A stretch of 31,441 bases of DNA from a virus (taxonomy: Duplodnaviria > Caudoviricetes): positions 1 to 31,441 of the IMG/VR virus record IMGVR_UViG_3300029318_000058; one strand, given 5' to 3'. Below the pieces are notes generated by a model, which was not told the DNA's origin, did no database searches, and worked only from the letters and a program-made list of their open reading frames with translations. Position 1 is the stretch's first letter. Each line of letters opens with the position of its first letter. This document shows, piece after piece, positions 20,439 to 27,846 of the stretch. The position numbers were made by a program, and so were the translations under genes.

Positions 20439-20460
20439 TGAAATTTAAAGGAGAAAAACA

Positions 20461-20802
20461 ATGACAGACATAGCAAGTGCAATCAAAGCTCTCAAAGACG
20501 ATGCAGAGTTTGTAGTATCAGGCGAACCCAGCAATCAAGCTGAGTACGAAGCTAATGTAAAATATGTAACTGGTGCAGATGAAAATGGTACAGCTGTTTT
20601 TGGACCACAGTTATTTACATGGGCAGAAGTATCAGCAAAAAAAGCTGAGTTACAGACTGAATACGATAACAATCAGTATCAAAGAGATAGAGCTGCTGAG
20701 TACCCAGCTGTTGTAGATCAACTTGATGACATTTTTCATAATGGCATTGATGGTTGGAAAACTACAATTCAAGCAGTCAAAGATAAATACCCAAAGGAGT
20801 AG
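20461..20802 (+). CDS. Probable tail fibre chaperone
   Basis: YQRDRAAEYP..DQLD...WK..I..VKDKYPK motif; follows the fibre genes. Confidence 0.6.
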   Translation: MTDIASAIKALKDDAEFVVSGEPSNQAEYEANVKYVTGADENGTAVFGPQLFTWAEVSAKKAELQTEYDNNQYQRDRAAEYPAVVDQLDDIFHNGIDGWKTTIQAVKDKYPKE

Positions 20803-20805
20803 ACC

Positions 20806-20844
20806 ATGTGTGAATACTGTAATGGGGAATGTATCTGTAGGTAA
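20806..20844 (+). CDS. 12-aa Cys-rich micropeptide MCEYCNGECICR (not in ORF track)
   Basis: AAGGAG RBS 6 nt before the ATG; fills the gap exactly; its TAA overlaps the next ATG (TAATG). Confidence 0.55.
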   Translation: MCEYCNGECICR

Positions 20845-21203
20845 TGCCTTCTCTTTCTGAAAAGACAGAGATAGGCTTACCTCTTAAGAATCTTATTGGT
20901 TTATTAGGAGCTACAGCTACTGCTGTTTGGGCATACTTTGGTATTATAGAAAGACTAAACAATATAGAAACTAGAGCTACATTATTTGAGGCTGATCTTG
21001 TTAAGAACGCAGATCAAACTCCTATAGATCAAGAACAGTTTATGCTATTAGAATTTATAGCTGGACAAGTAGAAGGTATGTCAGAAGATTTAGAAAACAT
21101 GGCACATAACAAAGTAAACATTATGAGATTACAAACTGATATGGAAAAAGCCCTTATTGATATTGAAGAATTAAAAGATAAAATTAGAAACAATGGTCAT
21201 TAA
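20844..21203 (+). CDS. Membrane-anchored coiled-coil protein
   Basis: N-terminal TM segment (LIGLLGATATAVWAYFGII) followed by a coiled coil. Confidence 0.7.
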   Translation: MPSLSEKTEIGLPLKNLIGLLGATATAVWAYFGIIERLNNIETRATLFEADLVKNADQTPIDQEQFMLLEFIAGQVEGMSEDLENMAHNKVNIMRLQTDMEKALIDIEELKDKIRNNGH

Positions 21204-21408
21204 AACAGTCATAGCATTATTATTAGTAAGTCAAGGCGTTTTGATTGAGCATACAATTATGCCATCAGTTCACGACTGTCTTAAATCTAAAAGAGAAATG
21301 TTGAGAAATATGTCAGATTCTGTACAAATAACTTGTGCTGAAGTTGAAGCAGAGATAAAAACTATACAGGGTAAAGAATTTATTCAGTCAATAAAAAAAC
21401 CATCATAA
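21193..21408 (+). CDS. Small exported protein with two Cys
   Basis: Hydrophobic N-terminus; Cys pair. Confidence 0.6.
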   Translation: MVIKTVIALLLVSQGVLIEHTIMPSVHDCLKSKREMLRNMSDSVQITCAEVEAEIKTIQGKEFIQSIKKPS

Positions 21409-21707
21409 TGGCTACATTAGCAGAAGTACAAAAAGAACTTAGATCTATAAAAAAAGAAGTAAGAGAACTAAGAACACATAACAAGTTTTTATTAGATAGA
21501 CTTGATTTAGCACATGAAAAAAATGCTAAGTTAAGAGAAGAGAAAAACAACATGACTGTAGATGATGTTGTGTTGATGCAGAAAGCTAAAGCTGAGTATG
21601 CTTCATCAATAGAAAAATCAATTAGTGAACAATTATCTATACAAGAAAAAGTTCAATTAGATTCAGCAGGACTATCTAATGCCCAGTCAATCGGAAAAGA
21701 TAAATAA
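21408..21707 (+). CDS. Coiled-coil hypothetical protein
   Basis: 99-aa ORF, TAATG-coupled. Confidence 0.6.
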   Translation: MATLAEVQKELRSIKKEVRELRTHNKFLLDRLDLAHEKNAKLREEKNNMTVDDVVLMQKAKAEYASSIEKSISEQLSIQEKVQLDSAGLSNAQSIGKDK

Positions 21708-21873
21708 GTTAGAAAAAGATATCCTATTAATTAAAAAGGATATCGAGATTATCAAATCTAATCATCTCAAACATATAGAAACAGATATAGGCATGATTAA
21801 AAGAGTCATGTGGACCGTAGGATTCTTAGTATTTTCTAATTTACTAGCTATGGTTATCTCTATACTTTATTAA
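21679..21873 (+). CDS. XhlA-like coiled-coil protein with C-terminal TM segment
   Basis: IKSNHLKHIE motif and a C-terminal hydrophobic helix. Confidence 0.55.
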   Translation: MPSQSEKINKLEKDILLIKKDIEIIKSNHLKHIETDIGMIKRVMWTVGFLVFSNLLAMVISILY

Positions 21874-21875
21874 AT

Positions 21876-22082
21876 ATGAAGGTATATCTTATTTTGATTG
21901 CCTGTGTGCAGTCGCTAAATTCACCATTAAATGAAGTGTGTATAGCAGAACCCCTAACTATGCCATTCGATACAGTTCCACAGTGCCTTGCATATATGGA
22001 TAATTTTAAATATACTTTGAGAGAAGAAAAGGATTTGTTTTTGACAGGATTCTGTTCAACAAAAAATTATGATGTATACTGA
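21876..22082 (+). CDS. Small exported four-Cys protein
   Basis: Hydrophobic N-terminus; four Cys. Confidence 0.55.
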   Translation: MKVYLILIACVQSLNSPLNEVCIAEPLTMPFDTVPQCLAYMDNFKYTLREEKDLFLTGFCSTKNYDVY

Positions 22083-22491
22083 TTTAAAAGAGAGGATTAA
22101 AGAACATGAAGGATATTGTGAAACTGTGTACAAAGATACACTGGGATTTGAAACTGGTGGGTATGGACATAAGATTATACCTGGAGAAGATATACCGACA
22201 GACCGAGCAGGATGGGATGCTTTATTTGAGAGTGATTTTCAAAATGCAGTTGATGGTGCTTCGAGGATTCTTGATGGCTATGATATTAATGATACAGCTA
22301 GGGAAGTTATTATTGAGATGGTGTTCCAAATGGGCGAAGGTGGTGTATCTAAATTTAAAGGTGCTTTATCTAATCTTAAAGAACAAAGGTATTCTGAATG
22401 TGCAGCAGAAATGTTAGACTCGAGATGGGCAAATCAAACACCCAACAGAGCAAAATCTCTGGCATCAATAATGGAGAACTCAAATGCTTAA
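22069..22491 (+). CDS. Endolysin, T4-type lysozyme (GH24)
   Basis: IKEHEG..YKDTLG..TGGYGH catalytic E-D-T region, MVFQMG, SRWANQTPNRA. Confidence 0.93.
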   Translation: MMYTDLKERIKEHEGYCETVYKDTLGFETGGYGHKIIPGEDIPTDRAGWDALFESDFQNAVDGASRILDGYDINDTAREVIIEMVFQMGEGGVSKFKGALSNLKEQRYSECAAEMLDSRWANQTPNRAKSLASIMENSNA

Positions 22492-22867
22492 CTTACTCGG
22501 ACCTGTCGCTGGAGCAGTCTTTAAAACTATTGATAAAGTTGTCGATAATAAGGGAGAGGCTGACAAACTTAAAGCTAAAGTACAAGAAAAGATTATCGCA
22601 GGAGAACTAGCAGAGCTAGAAGGTGCTGCGAAAACTATACAAATAGAAGCACAGGGAGGATTCTTACAAAGAAACTGGCGACCAATTATGATGTTGGTCT
22701 TTGCTGGTTTAATGGTAGCTCATTGGTTTGGATTTACTGCACCAAACATTCCAGAGTCTGTACAGAACTCTCTATTAAATATTATCCTAGTGGGGATAGG
22801 AGGGTATACAGTTGGAAGATCAGCAGAAAAAGTCGCAGGTAAATTTAAAGATAATAAAAAGGGGTAG
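22484..22867 (+). CDS. Holin of the 3TM (GTA-type) family
   Basis: EAQGGFLQRNWRP, TM helices and GGYTVGRSAEK; adjacent to the lysozyme. Confidence 0.85.
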   Translation: MLNLLGPVAGAVFKTIDKVVDNKGEADKLKAKVQEKIIAGELAELEGAAKTIQIEAQGGFLQRNWRPIMMLVFAGLMVAHWFGFTAPNIPESVQNSLLNIILVGIGGYTVGRSAEKVAGKFKDNKKG

Positions 22868-23624
22868 GGGTAGACCTAGGAAGGATGAAAGTACCCCTTC
22901 TACGGCTCTTAAAACAGGAAAAAACGACAGAATTTTGGTCATCTCTGACCTTCATGTGCCTTATCACCACCCTGATAGTTATAGGTTCTTGGAGTCTTTG
23001 GCTGCTAAGTATGATCCTACGAATGTTATTCATATCGGAGACGAAATGGATTGGCACTCAATTAATGTTTCTCACATAATCAATCCAGATCTACCATCAC
23101 CTGCTGATGAACTAGAAATCGGTAGATATCACATGAAGAAACTAGAATCTATGTTTCCTGTAATGACTATACTAGAATCTAATCATGGTTCTATGGTCCT
23201 TAGACGTGCTATGGCAAAGGGTATGTCTAAGTTCTTTCTGAAAGACTACAATGAAATACTAGATGTAGGTCATGGTTGGCAATGGAAAGAATCCCATTGG
23301 GAAGAAACTGCTATGGGTAGAGTTTACTTTGCACATCAAGTATCTAAAAACATTGTGAAGGCAGTACAGATGATGTCTGCTTCGGTAGTTCAAGGACACT
23401 ATCATACTCAGTCAAACATAGAGTATGTAGGTAATGACTTCCATCTAAACTGGGGTATGTCCGTTGGTTGTTTAGTTGATAAGAAGTCTATGGCTATGGC
23501 TTACATGAAAGTAAACATGGCAAAGCCAATCTTATCTTGTGGTGTCATCACTAATGGTGTACCATCCATAGTTCCAATGTTATTGAGGAAGGATGGTTCA
23601 TGGGATGGCAAAGTATACGTCTAA
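22812..23624 (+). CDS. Calcineurin-like metallophosphoesterase with N-terminal AT-hook
   Basis: ISDLHVP, GDEMD, SNHG, FAH and GHYH motifs; KRGRGRPRK; TTG start after GGAGG. Confidence 0.88.
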   Translation: MEDQQKKSQVNLKIIKRGRGRPRKDESTPSTALKTGKNDRILVISDLHVPYHHPDSYRFLESLAAKYDPTNVIHIGDEMDWHSINVSHIINPDLPSPADELEIGRYHMKKLESMFPVMTILESNHGSMVLRRAMAKGMSKFFLKDYNEILDVGHGWQWKESHWEETAMGRVYFAHQVSKNIVKAVQMMSASVVQGHYHTQSNIEYVGNDFHLNWGMSVGCLVDKKSMAMAYMKVNMAKPILSCGVITNGVPSIVPMLLRKDGSWDGKVYV

Positions 23625-23895
23625 AGATAAAAAATATTTTAAGAAAATAATCCAAGAAGGATGCTGTGTTCCAGGTTGTATGTCTAATTCACCAATGAAT
23701 GTTCATCATCTACGTGGTAGCCAGGTTCAACATAATAGATCTAATCAGCTTGTAGTACCATTGTGTTTTGAACACCATTCGGATCTGACATGGGGTAAGT
23801 ATAAACCAGAACATAAGTTTTGGGAACATCATAGTTTTGATGCAGTAGAATATGCTAATGAACTGTACCAGAAATACGTGTCTGAACGACACTAA
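23605..23895 (+). CDS. DUF968 / HNH-like Zn-binding putative nuclease
   Basis: CCVPGC...VHHLR...VVPLCFEHH pattern. Start may be 23593 or 23605. Confidence 0.7.
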   Translation: MAKYTSKDKKYFKKIIQEGCCVPGCMSNSPMNVHHLRGSQVQHNRSNQLVVPLCFEHHSDLTWGKYKPEHKFWEHHSFDAVEYANELYQKYVSERH

Positions 23896-24088
23896 GTTCT
23901 TTCATACGTTCTTTGATAGCATCTGTAGTTTGATTTTTGTTTATCTTTTTGCCTGATAGCGAAGCTGCCATGATGGCATATGCTGCAAAAATAGTATCGG
24001 TACTATAACCGAACTGTTTAAGGTAGACACTGTAATCGTTGAGTGTGTCTACTAACTCGTCTAATTCACCTTTAACAATCATTGTCAT
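23855..24088 (-). CDS. Hypothetical protein
   Basis: 77 aa; last gene of the leftward arm. Confidence 0.6.
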   Translation of the reverse strand: MTMIVKGELDELVDTLNDYSVYLKQFGYSTDTIFAAYAIMAASLSGKKINKNQTTDAIKERMKELSVVQTRISGTVH

Positions 24089-24109
24089 TAATTCTTTCTA
24101 TCATTTAGG

Positions 24110-24231
24110 GGGTGCTAATACTAGAGGATATATACACGAAAATAATTCCTTTCACTATAGTTTGTACTAGCACCCATATTCCCCAACAACCTAGCTAGGT
24201 GAAGGTTTTACCTTACATAACGAGGGGGAAA
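24110..24231 (-). other. Two structured RNA domains (12-bp hairpin and a branched domain)
   Basis: GGGUGCUAGUAC/GUAUUAGCACCC stem (G-U pair only on the - strand). UUCCCC/GGGGAA encloses AAGGU-AAA-ACCUU and ACCUAGCUAGGU. Confidence 0.5.
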
Positions 24232-24235
24232 CTTT

Positions 24236-24345
24236 ACTGTGTAGGCGTGTAGCCACCTGCATTATAGACCATGAGCACAGAGCCTTACCTCAGGAACTTT
24301 CGTCTATTGCATTAAGCTCACTACCTTATGTCTTTCCTACACAGT
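24236..24345 (-). ncRNA. Putative structured ncRNA, element A
   Basis: Perfect 10-bp closing stem ACUGUGUAGG/CCUACACAGU. Inner GUAGU/GCUAC, UGCA-AUAGAC/GUCUAU-AA-UGCA and an alternative GAC-GAAA-GUU hairpin. Core shared with element B. Confidence 0.65.
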
Positions 24346-24357
24346 TCCATATGGAAA

Positions 24358-24762
24358 CTAAAATGGTATATCACTAGGGATATCATCATCTGGTAAGTCA
24401 TTAGATGACTGCTGTTTAGCATCACCTTTGCTGCTTACCATCTTCATAATACCCATTCTAGGGATAATGATAGAAGTGTTATAACGTTTGTTACCATTAC
24501 TATCTGTGTATTCAGATACATCTATCTCACCTTCAAGATATAACATTGTACCTTTCTTCACATAGTTCTTGATAGTCTGTGTTAGATTAGGATCAAAGGT
24601 AGTAACCTTGTGCCAAGTAGTTTTCTCTTGCCACGTACCATCTTTGGTCTTGATCTTCTTTGAAGTTGCAAGGCTAAAGTTAGCAAACTCATCACCTTTA
24701 CTGGTAGCTTTGATCTCTGGATCTGTACCCAATCTACCTACTAGTATTACTCTGTTAATCAT
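24358..24762 (-). CDS. ssb: Single-stranded DNA-binding protein
   Basis: INRVILVGRLGTDPE, TTWHKV, KKGTMLYLEG and acidic DIPF tail. Confidence 0.97.
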   Translation of the reverse strand: MINRVILVGRLGTDPEIKATSKGDEFANFSLATSKKIKTKDGTWQEKTTWHKVTTFDPNLTQTIKNYVKKGTMLYLEGEIDVSEYTDSNGNKRYNTSIIIPRMGIMKMVSSKGDAKQQSSNDLPDDDIPSDIPF

Positions 24763-24763
24763 A

Positions 24764-25072
24764 TTACCTCCTTAACTCTACTAGGTTATCTTCTGACTTT
24801 ACCTTTGGTCTAGGAAAAGCCTTTTCAATCTTCTTAATGATGTCATTCATTAATAGATTCTCACACATTCTAATCGCTTTCCTCTTAGCAGTTGCGTAAG
24901 AATCCCAATCAGATTTATGTTGATTCTTGATGAGAGTATCATCAATAGTTAGCCTCCATTTAGTAACGGAGTCTTGAAAGCGAGGAGTTACCTTCACTAT
25001 GTTTACTATAATATTTAGGCTATGCCCATATGCTATAGTTGTTTGGTAATGTCCAGCTCTTATACACTTCAT
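24764..25072 (-). CDS. Hypothetical protein
   Basis: 102 aa, GGAGG RBS, ATGA coupling. Confidence 0.65.
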   Translation of the reverse strand: MKCIRAGHYQTTIAYGHSLNIIVNIVKVTPRFQDSVTKWRLTIDDTLIKNQHKSDWDSYATAKRKAIRMCENLLMNDIIKKIEKAFPRPKVKSEDNLVELRR

Positions 25073-25563
25073 GTAACCTCCTTAACTTTTGACTTATCTA
25101 CATTAGATTTAATATCTGCTTTGACTTTTTCAACGTACTTACTGCTATCATGTAAACCTAAGAATACATCTGCACTCATACCTAGATGCGACATAGCTTT
25201 AGTTAGTGCATCTGTCATAGCTTTCTTAGGTGCTTCATCATCTAGCTTACCATTGTTTTTGTACAATGATTGAACTGAAGATACAGGTCCAAAGCCACCA
25301 ACACTTGAATGTGAACCAGCCCACATCTTTAACTCACAGAACACTAAAGTATCTGTATACTTGTACTCAGCGTTCCACTGCCAACCTTCACCAATCGGAC
25401 CGAATACTTCAGTCATCTTTCCGATCTGCCACATTGGATCAATAGTTGTTATCTCACCAAAGCCTTTGTTGATCTTCTTAGTAAAGTCTGGGTTAGTAAC
25501 TTTAAGTTGATCCCAGTATCTTTTGTGTTCTTCTGGCTTAGCCAGTGGTTTATATTTAGTCAT
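25069..25563 (-). CDS. Rad52/Sak-like single-strand annealing protein
   Basis: TEVFGPIGEGW and DEAPKKAMTDALTKAMSHLG motifs; lies between exonuclease and SSB. Confidence 0.75.
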   Translation of the reverse strand: MTKYKPLAKPEEHKRYWDQLKVTNPDFTKKINKGFGEITTIDPMWQIGKMTEVFGPIGEGWQWNAEYKYTDTLVFCELKMWAGSHSSVGGFGPVSSVQSLYKNNGKLDDEAPKKAMTDALTKAMSHLGMSADVFLGLHDSSKYVEKVKADIKSNVDKSKVKEVT

Positions 25564-26167
25564 TAGTTCCTCCTATTGAATCGAACTCTACATAATCAGC
25601 AGGTTCTTCATCATTGATAATATGTTGCCAAAACATTTCCTCTGCCTTGATTAGTTTCTTTTGAAACTTCTTGTCAGCTTGTACATGAAATGATTTCCAT
25701 TTATTATTACCAAAGATAATAGATAACCATGCTTGTGGTAAATTAGATACAATCATATAGTGCTGTATCTGTGCATAGTATTTCTCTAGTATAGTATCAT
25801 CTTTAGTAAATGCGTGTACGTGCTTTGCTTCAAAGACACCTACTGTTTTAAGATCTTGGTTTAATACAAAGCCATCTAGATTAGCCATCATCCACTTACT
25901 TCCATTCTTATCTACTGGATTGTGTACGAGTGTCCAATCACATTCTTTAACTGGCATATCTGTTTGTGCAGTAAACCAATCTCTATTGAAATCTTCGGTA
26001 TATATACCTAGCTGTACTGGTAGCACAAAAGATAGATCTTCATTTTCTTTCAGACCTTTCTTCTCTAGGTATAGATCTTTCCAAGTACCAGCTACTATCT
26101 TAGTAGCATCACTTCCTCCGATCCCTTGACTTCTGTCTATAACTTTCTTTTGCTTGTGAATATTCAT
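25556..26167 (-). CDS. YqaJ / lambda-exonuclease-like recombination nuclease
   Basis: GIGGSDA, MANLDG, FEAK and YYAQIQHYM motifs. Confidence 0.93.
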   Translation of the reverse strand: MNIHKQKKVIDRSQGIGGSDATKIVAGTWKDLYLEKKGLKENEDLSFVLPVQLGIYTEDFNRDWFTAQTDMPVKECDWTLVHNPVDKNGSKWMMANLDGFVLNQDLKTVGVFEAKHVHAFTKDDTILEKYYAQIQHYMIVSNLPQAWLSIIFGNNKWKSFHVQADKKFQKKLIKAEEMFWQHIINDEEPADYVEFDSIGGTND

Positions 26168-26447
26168 TTACCTTCCTCTCGATAATATTATCAAATTCTT
26201 TTTTTCTTGACCATATTTCATTAGCTATCTTTTTGATACTAGGTTGAACATATGGTTTAGTTAGTTCAATACGTAATGCGTTAGCTACATCCCTGCCTTT
26301 TTCTAGATATGCAAAGTAACAAACGGATCTGATCCATGCTTGTTTACGCTGCATGGGATCACGAAGATTATACTTTCTTCGTTGTGGTTTGAGTTTCTTT
26401 TCATTAACTAGTTTTCGGGCCAGAAATTTAGGATCTATCGTATTCAT
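26109..26447 (-). CDS. Basic hypothetical protein
   Basis: 112-aa K/R-rich ORF within the operon. Confidence 0.6.
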   Translation of the reverse strand: MNTIDPKFLARKLVNEKKLKPQRRKYNLRDPMQRKQAWIRSVCYFAYLEKGRDVANALRIELTKPYVQPSIKKIANEIWSRKKEFDNIIERKVNEYSQAKESYRQKSRDRRK

Positions 26448-26628
26448 CTATGGCTTTTTGTAGATACCACAGAGCTTTCTGTAGATCTACGACTCCTCCT
26501 TTGAACTTATGTCTAACAATATATTTTATCACATTTCCTAATGGATATGATAATTTTTTTTCCATTATAAAATCATAAGTTTCAATTTTGCCTTGCTTGT
26601 AATGGCTCGGATTTATCTGATCTGTCAT
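26428..26628 (-). CDS. DUF3310 protein (related to T7 gp1.7 nucleotide kinase)
   Basis: INPSHY..GKIE...GNVIKYIVRH..KGG..DLQKALWYL. Confidence 0.9.
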   Translation of the reverse strand: MTDQINPSHYKQGKIETYDFIMEKKLSYPLGNVIKYIVRHKFKGGVVDLQKALWYLQKAIDEYDRS

Positions 26629-26866
26629 AGGGATTCCACCTCACATCTATTAGTCTATAAGTCTTACCACTATACACTGATTTCTGTGGTGTGCCTATAT
26701 TTAAATCAATATCTTTAAGCCTTGATGGTGTAAGCATCATTACTTCACCTTTGTGAACTGCCTGGATAGTATAGTTCTTATCAATGGCTTGTTGGATTTC
26801 GTAATCTCTTAACGAGATATACATACCTTTCCATAGTTTTTTAACTATTCTTGTTTTTGTTTTCAT
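26582..26866 (-). CDS. Hypothetical protein
   Basis: 94 aa, AGGAG RBS. Confidence 0.65.
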   Translation of the reverse strand: MKTKTRIVKKLWKGMYISLRDYEIQQAIDKNYTIQAVHKGEVMMLTPSRLKDIDLNIGTPQKSVYSGKTYRLIDVRWNPYDRSDKSEPLQARQN

Positions 26867-27017
26867 AATAACTCCTGTTGTAACATTTAATACATAACAG
26901 ATTATTTCCTGTCGTATCTATGTTTATCATCATTGGTAAAGTGTACTTCCTCCCACATAGAAAGCATTGTTGGATGGGAGTACTTTTGGAGGAGGAAGGA
27001 TTAGATTGTACTCCCAT
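26841..27017 (-). CDS. 58-aa zinc-ribbon protein (not in ORF track)
   Basis: MGVQSNPSSSKSTPIQQCFLCGRKYTLPMMINIDTTGNNLLCIKCYNRSYYENKNKNS; CxxC-x20-CxxC. Confidence 0.65.
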   Translation of the reverse strand: MGVQSNPSSSKSTPIQQCFLCGRKYTLPMMINIDTTGNNLLCIKCYNRSYYENKNKNS

Positions 27018-27024
27018 CTAAACT

Positions 27025-27828
27025 CTAGGCAGCTTGGCTAAACCAAGCCATGTTAGACACTTTCCTCTCTCTATCATAGCGAGTATTTACTGAATCGCTA
27101 GGATAATGTGTACTCCAATGCGTGATTGCTTGATATGCACTGAATTTATTAGGTCCAAACTTCTGTGCATAGTTATCATTGTACTCAATAAGAATAAAAT
27201 TCTTGTGGTTTTGATTGACATGACTCTTGTCAGTACGTGTTGGTTGATAGCATAACTTATCTACTTCAGCTTCGAACTGATAGTCATCTACTGGTATTTC
27301 TAACCAGTTAGTCATGTAGTTATGTACAGTATGTAGTCCATCAATAGCTGCATAACCACCAGGTAATGCTAGTTTAATCTCACCACTACCTTTGTGTGCA
27401 GTATTTAAACTGATATCCCATACTGAACTCTTGAGTCCATTAAGACATAGCCATAGATAGAAACCTAAATCAAATCTAAATGAACGCATACCATTGTAGC
27501 TGTTCCATATCACAGCTTCTAGACCAATAGATGTATCTTTGAATGGTATCTGATACTCTGGTAAAGAGAATCTAGTAGCCATCACAGCACCATTGTTAGA
27601 GTGCTTGTGTTGTTCAGTCATACCGTTGGTATCAAAGTGTTCATTGAGAAAGTCAATAGCTTTATCATACGCTGTGTCATGTGAAATGACTCGGTATGTG
27701 TTTTTGTGAACTGCAATCAGTTCGTTGTTATCTTCTTTAACCAACTGCTTGTAGCCATCTAGCCTTGAGCCATGTTGATTGTATACAGGTTCTTCACGAA
27801 CCTGAAATAGTAGTTCTTGTGGTAACAT
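27025..27828 (-). CDS. DUF932/DUF945 family protein
   Basis: YRVISH, WNSYNG, LCLNGL, H(KG) and YQAITHWSTH motifs; AGGAGG RBS. Confidence 0.85.
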   Translation of the reverse strand: MLPQELLFQVREEPVYNQHGSRLDGYKQLVKEDNNELIAVHKNTYRVISHDTAYDKAIDFLNEHFDTNGMTEQHKHSNNGAVMATRFSLPEYQIPFKDTSIGLEAVIWNSYNGMRSFRFDLGFYLWLCLNGLKSSVWDISLNTAHKGSGEIKLALPGGYAAIDGLHTVHNYMTNWLEIPVDDYQFEAEVDKLCYQPTRTDKSHVNQNHKNFILIEYNDNYAQKFGPNKFSAYQAITHWSTHYPSDSVNTRYDRERKVSNMAWFSQAA

Positions 27829-27846
27829 ATTTCCTCCTTTGTTACA

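Noticed and set aside
17476-20440. Diversity-generating retroelement or invertible fibre switch
   Set aside because: No reverse transcriptase or invertase, no adenine-specific TR/VR pair, and the repeats are short and direct.
24178-24231. tRNA-like cloverleaf
   Set aside because: Too short; no D-loop GG, T-loop TTC or CCA end.
27017-27027. Stop-codon readthrough or frameshift fusing DUF932 to the zinc ribbon
   Set aside because: The readthrough frame stops after five codons, and the Zn-ribbon frame has a TAG immediately before its ATG.
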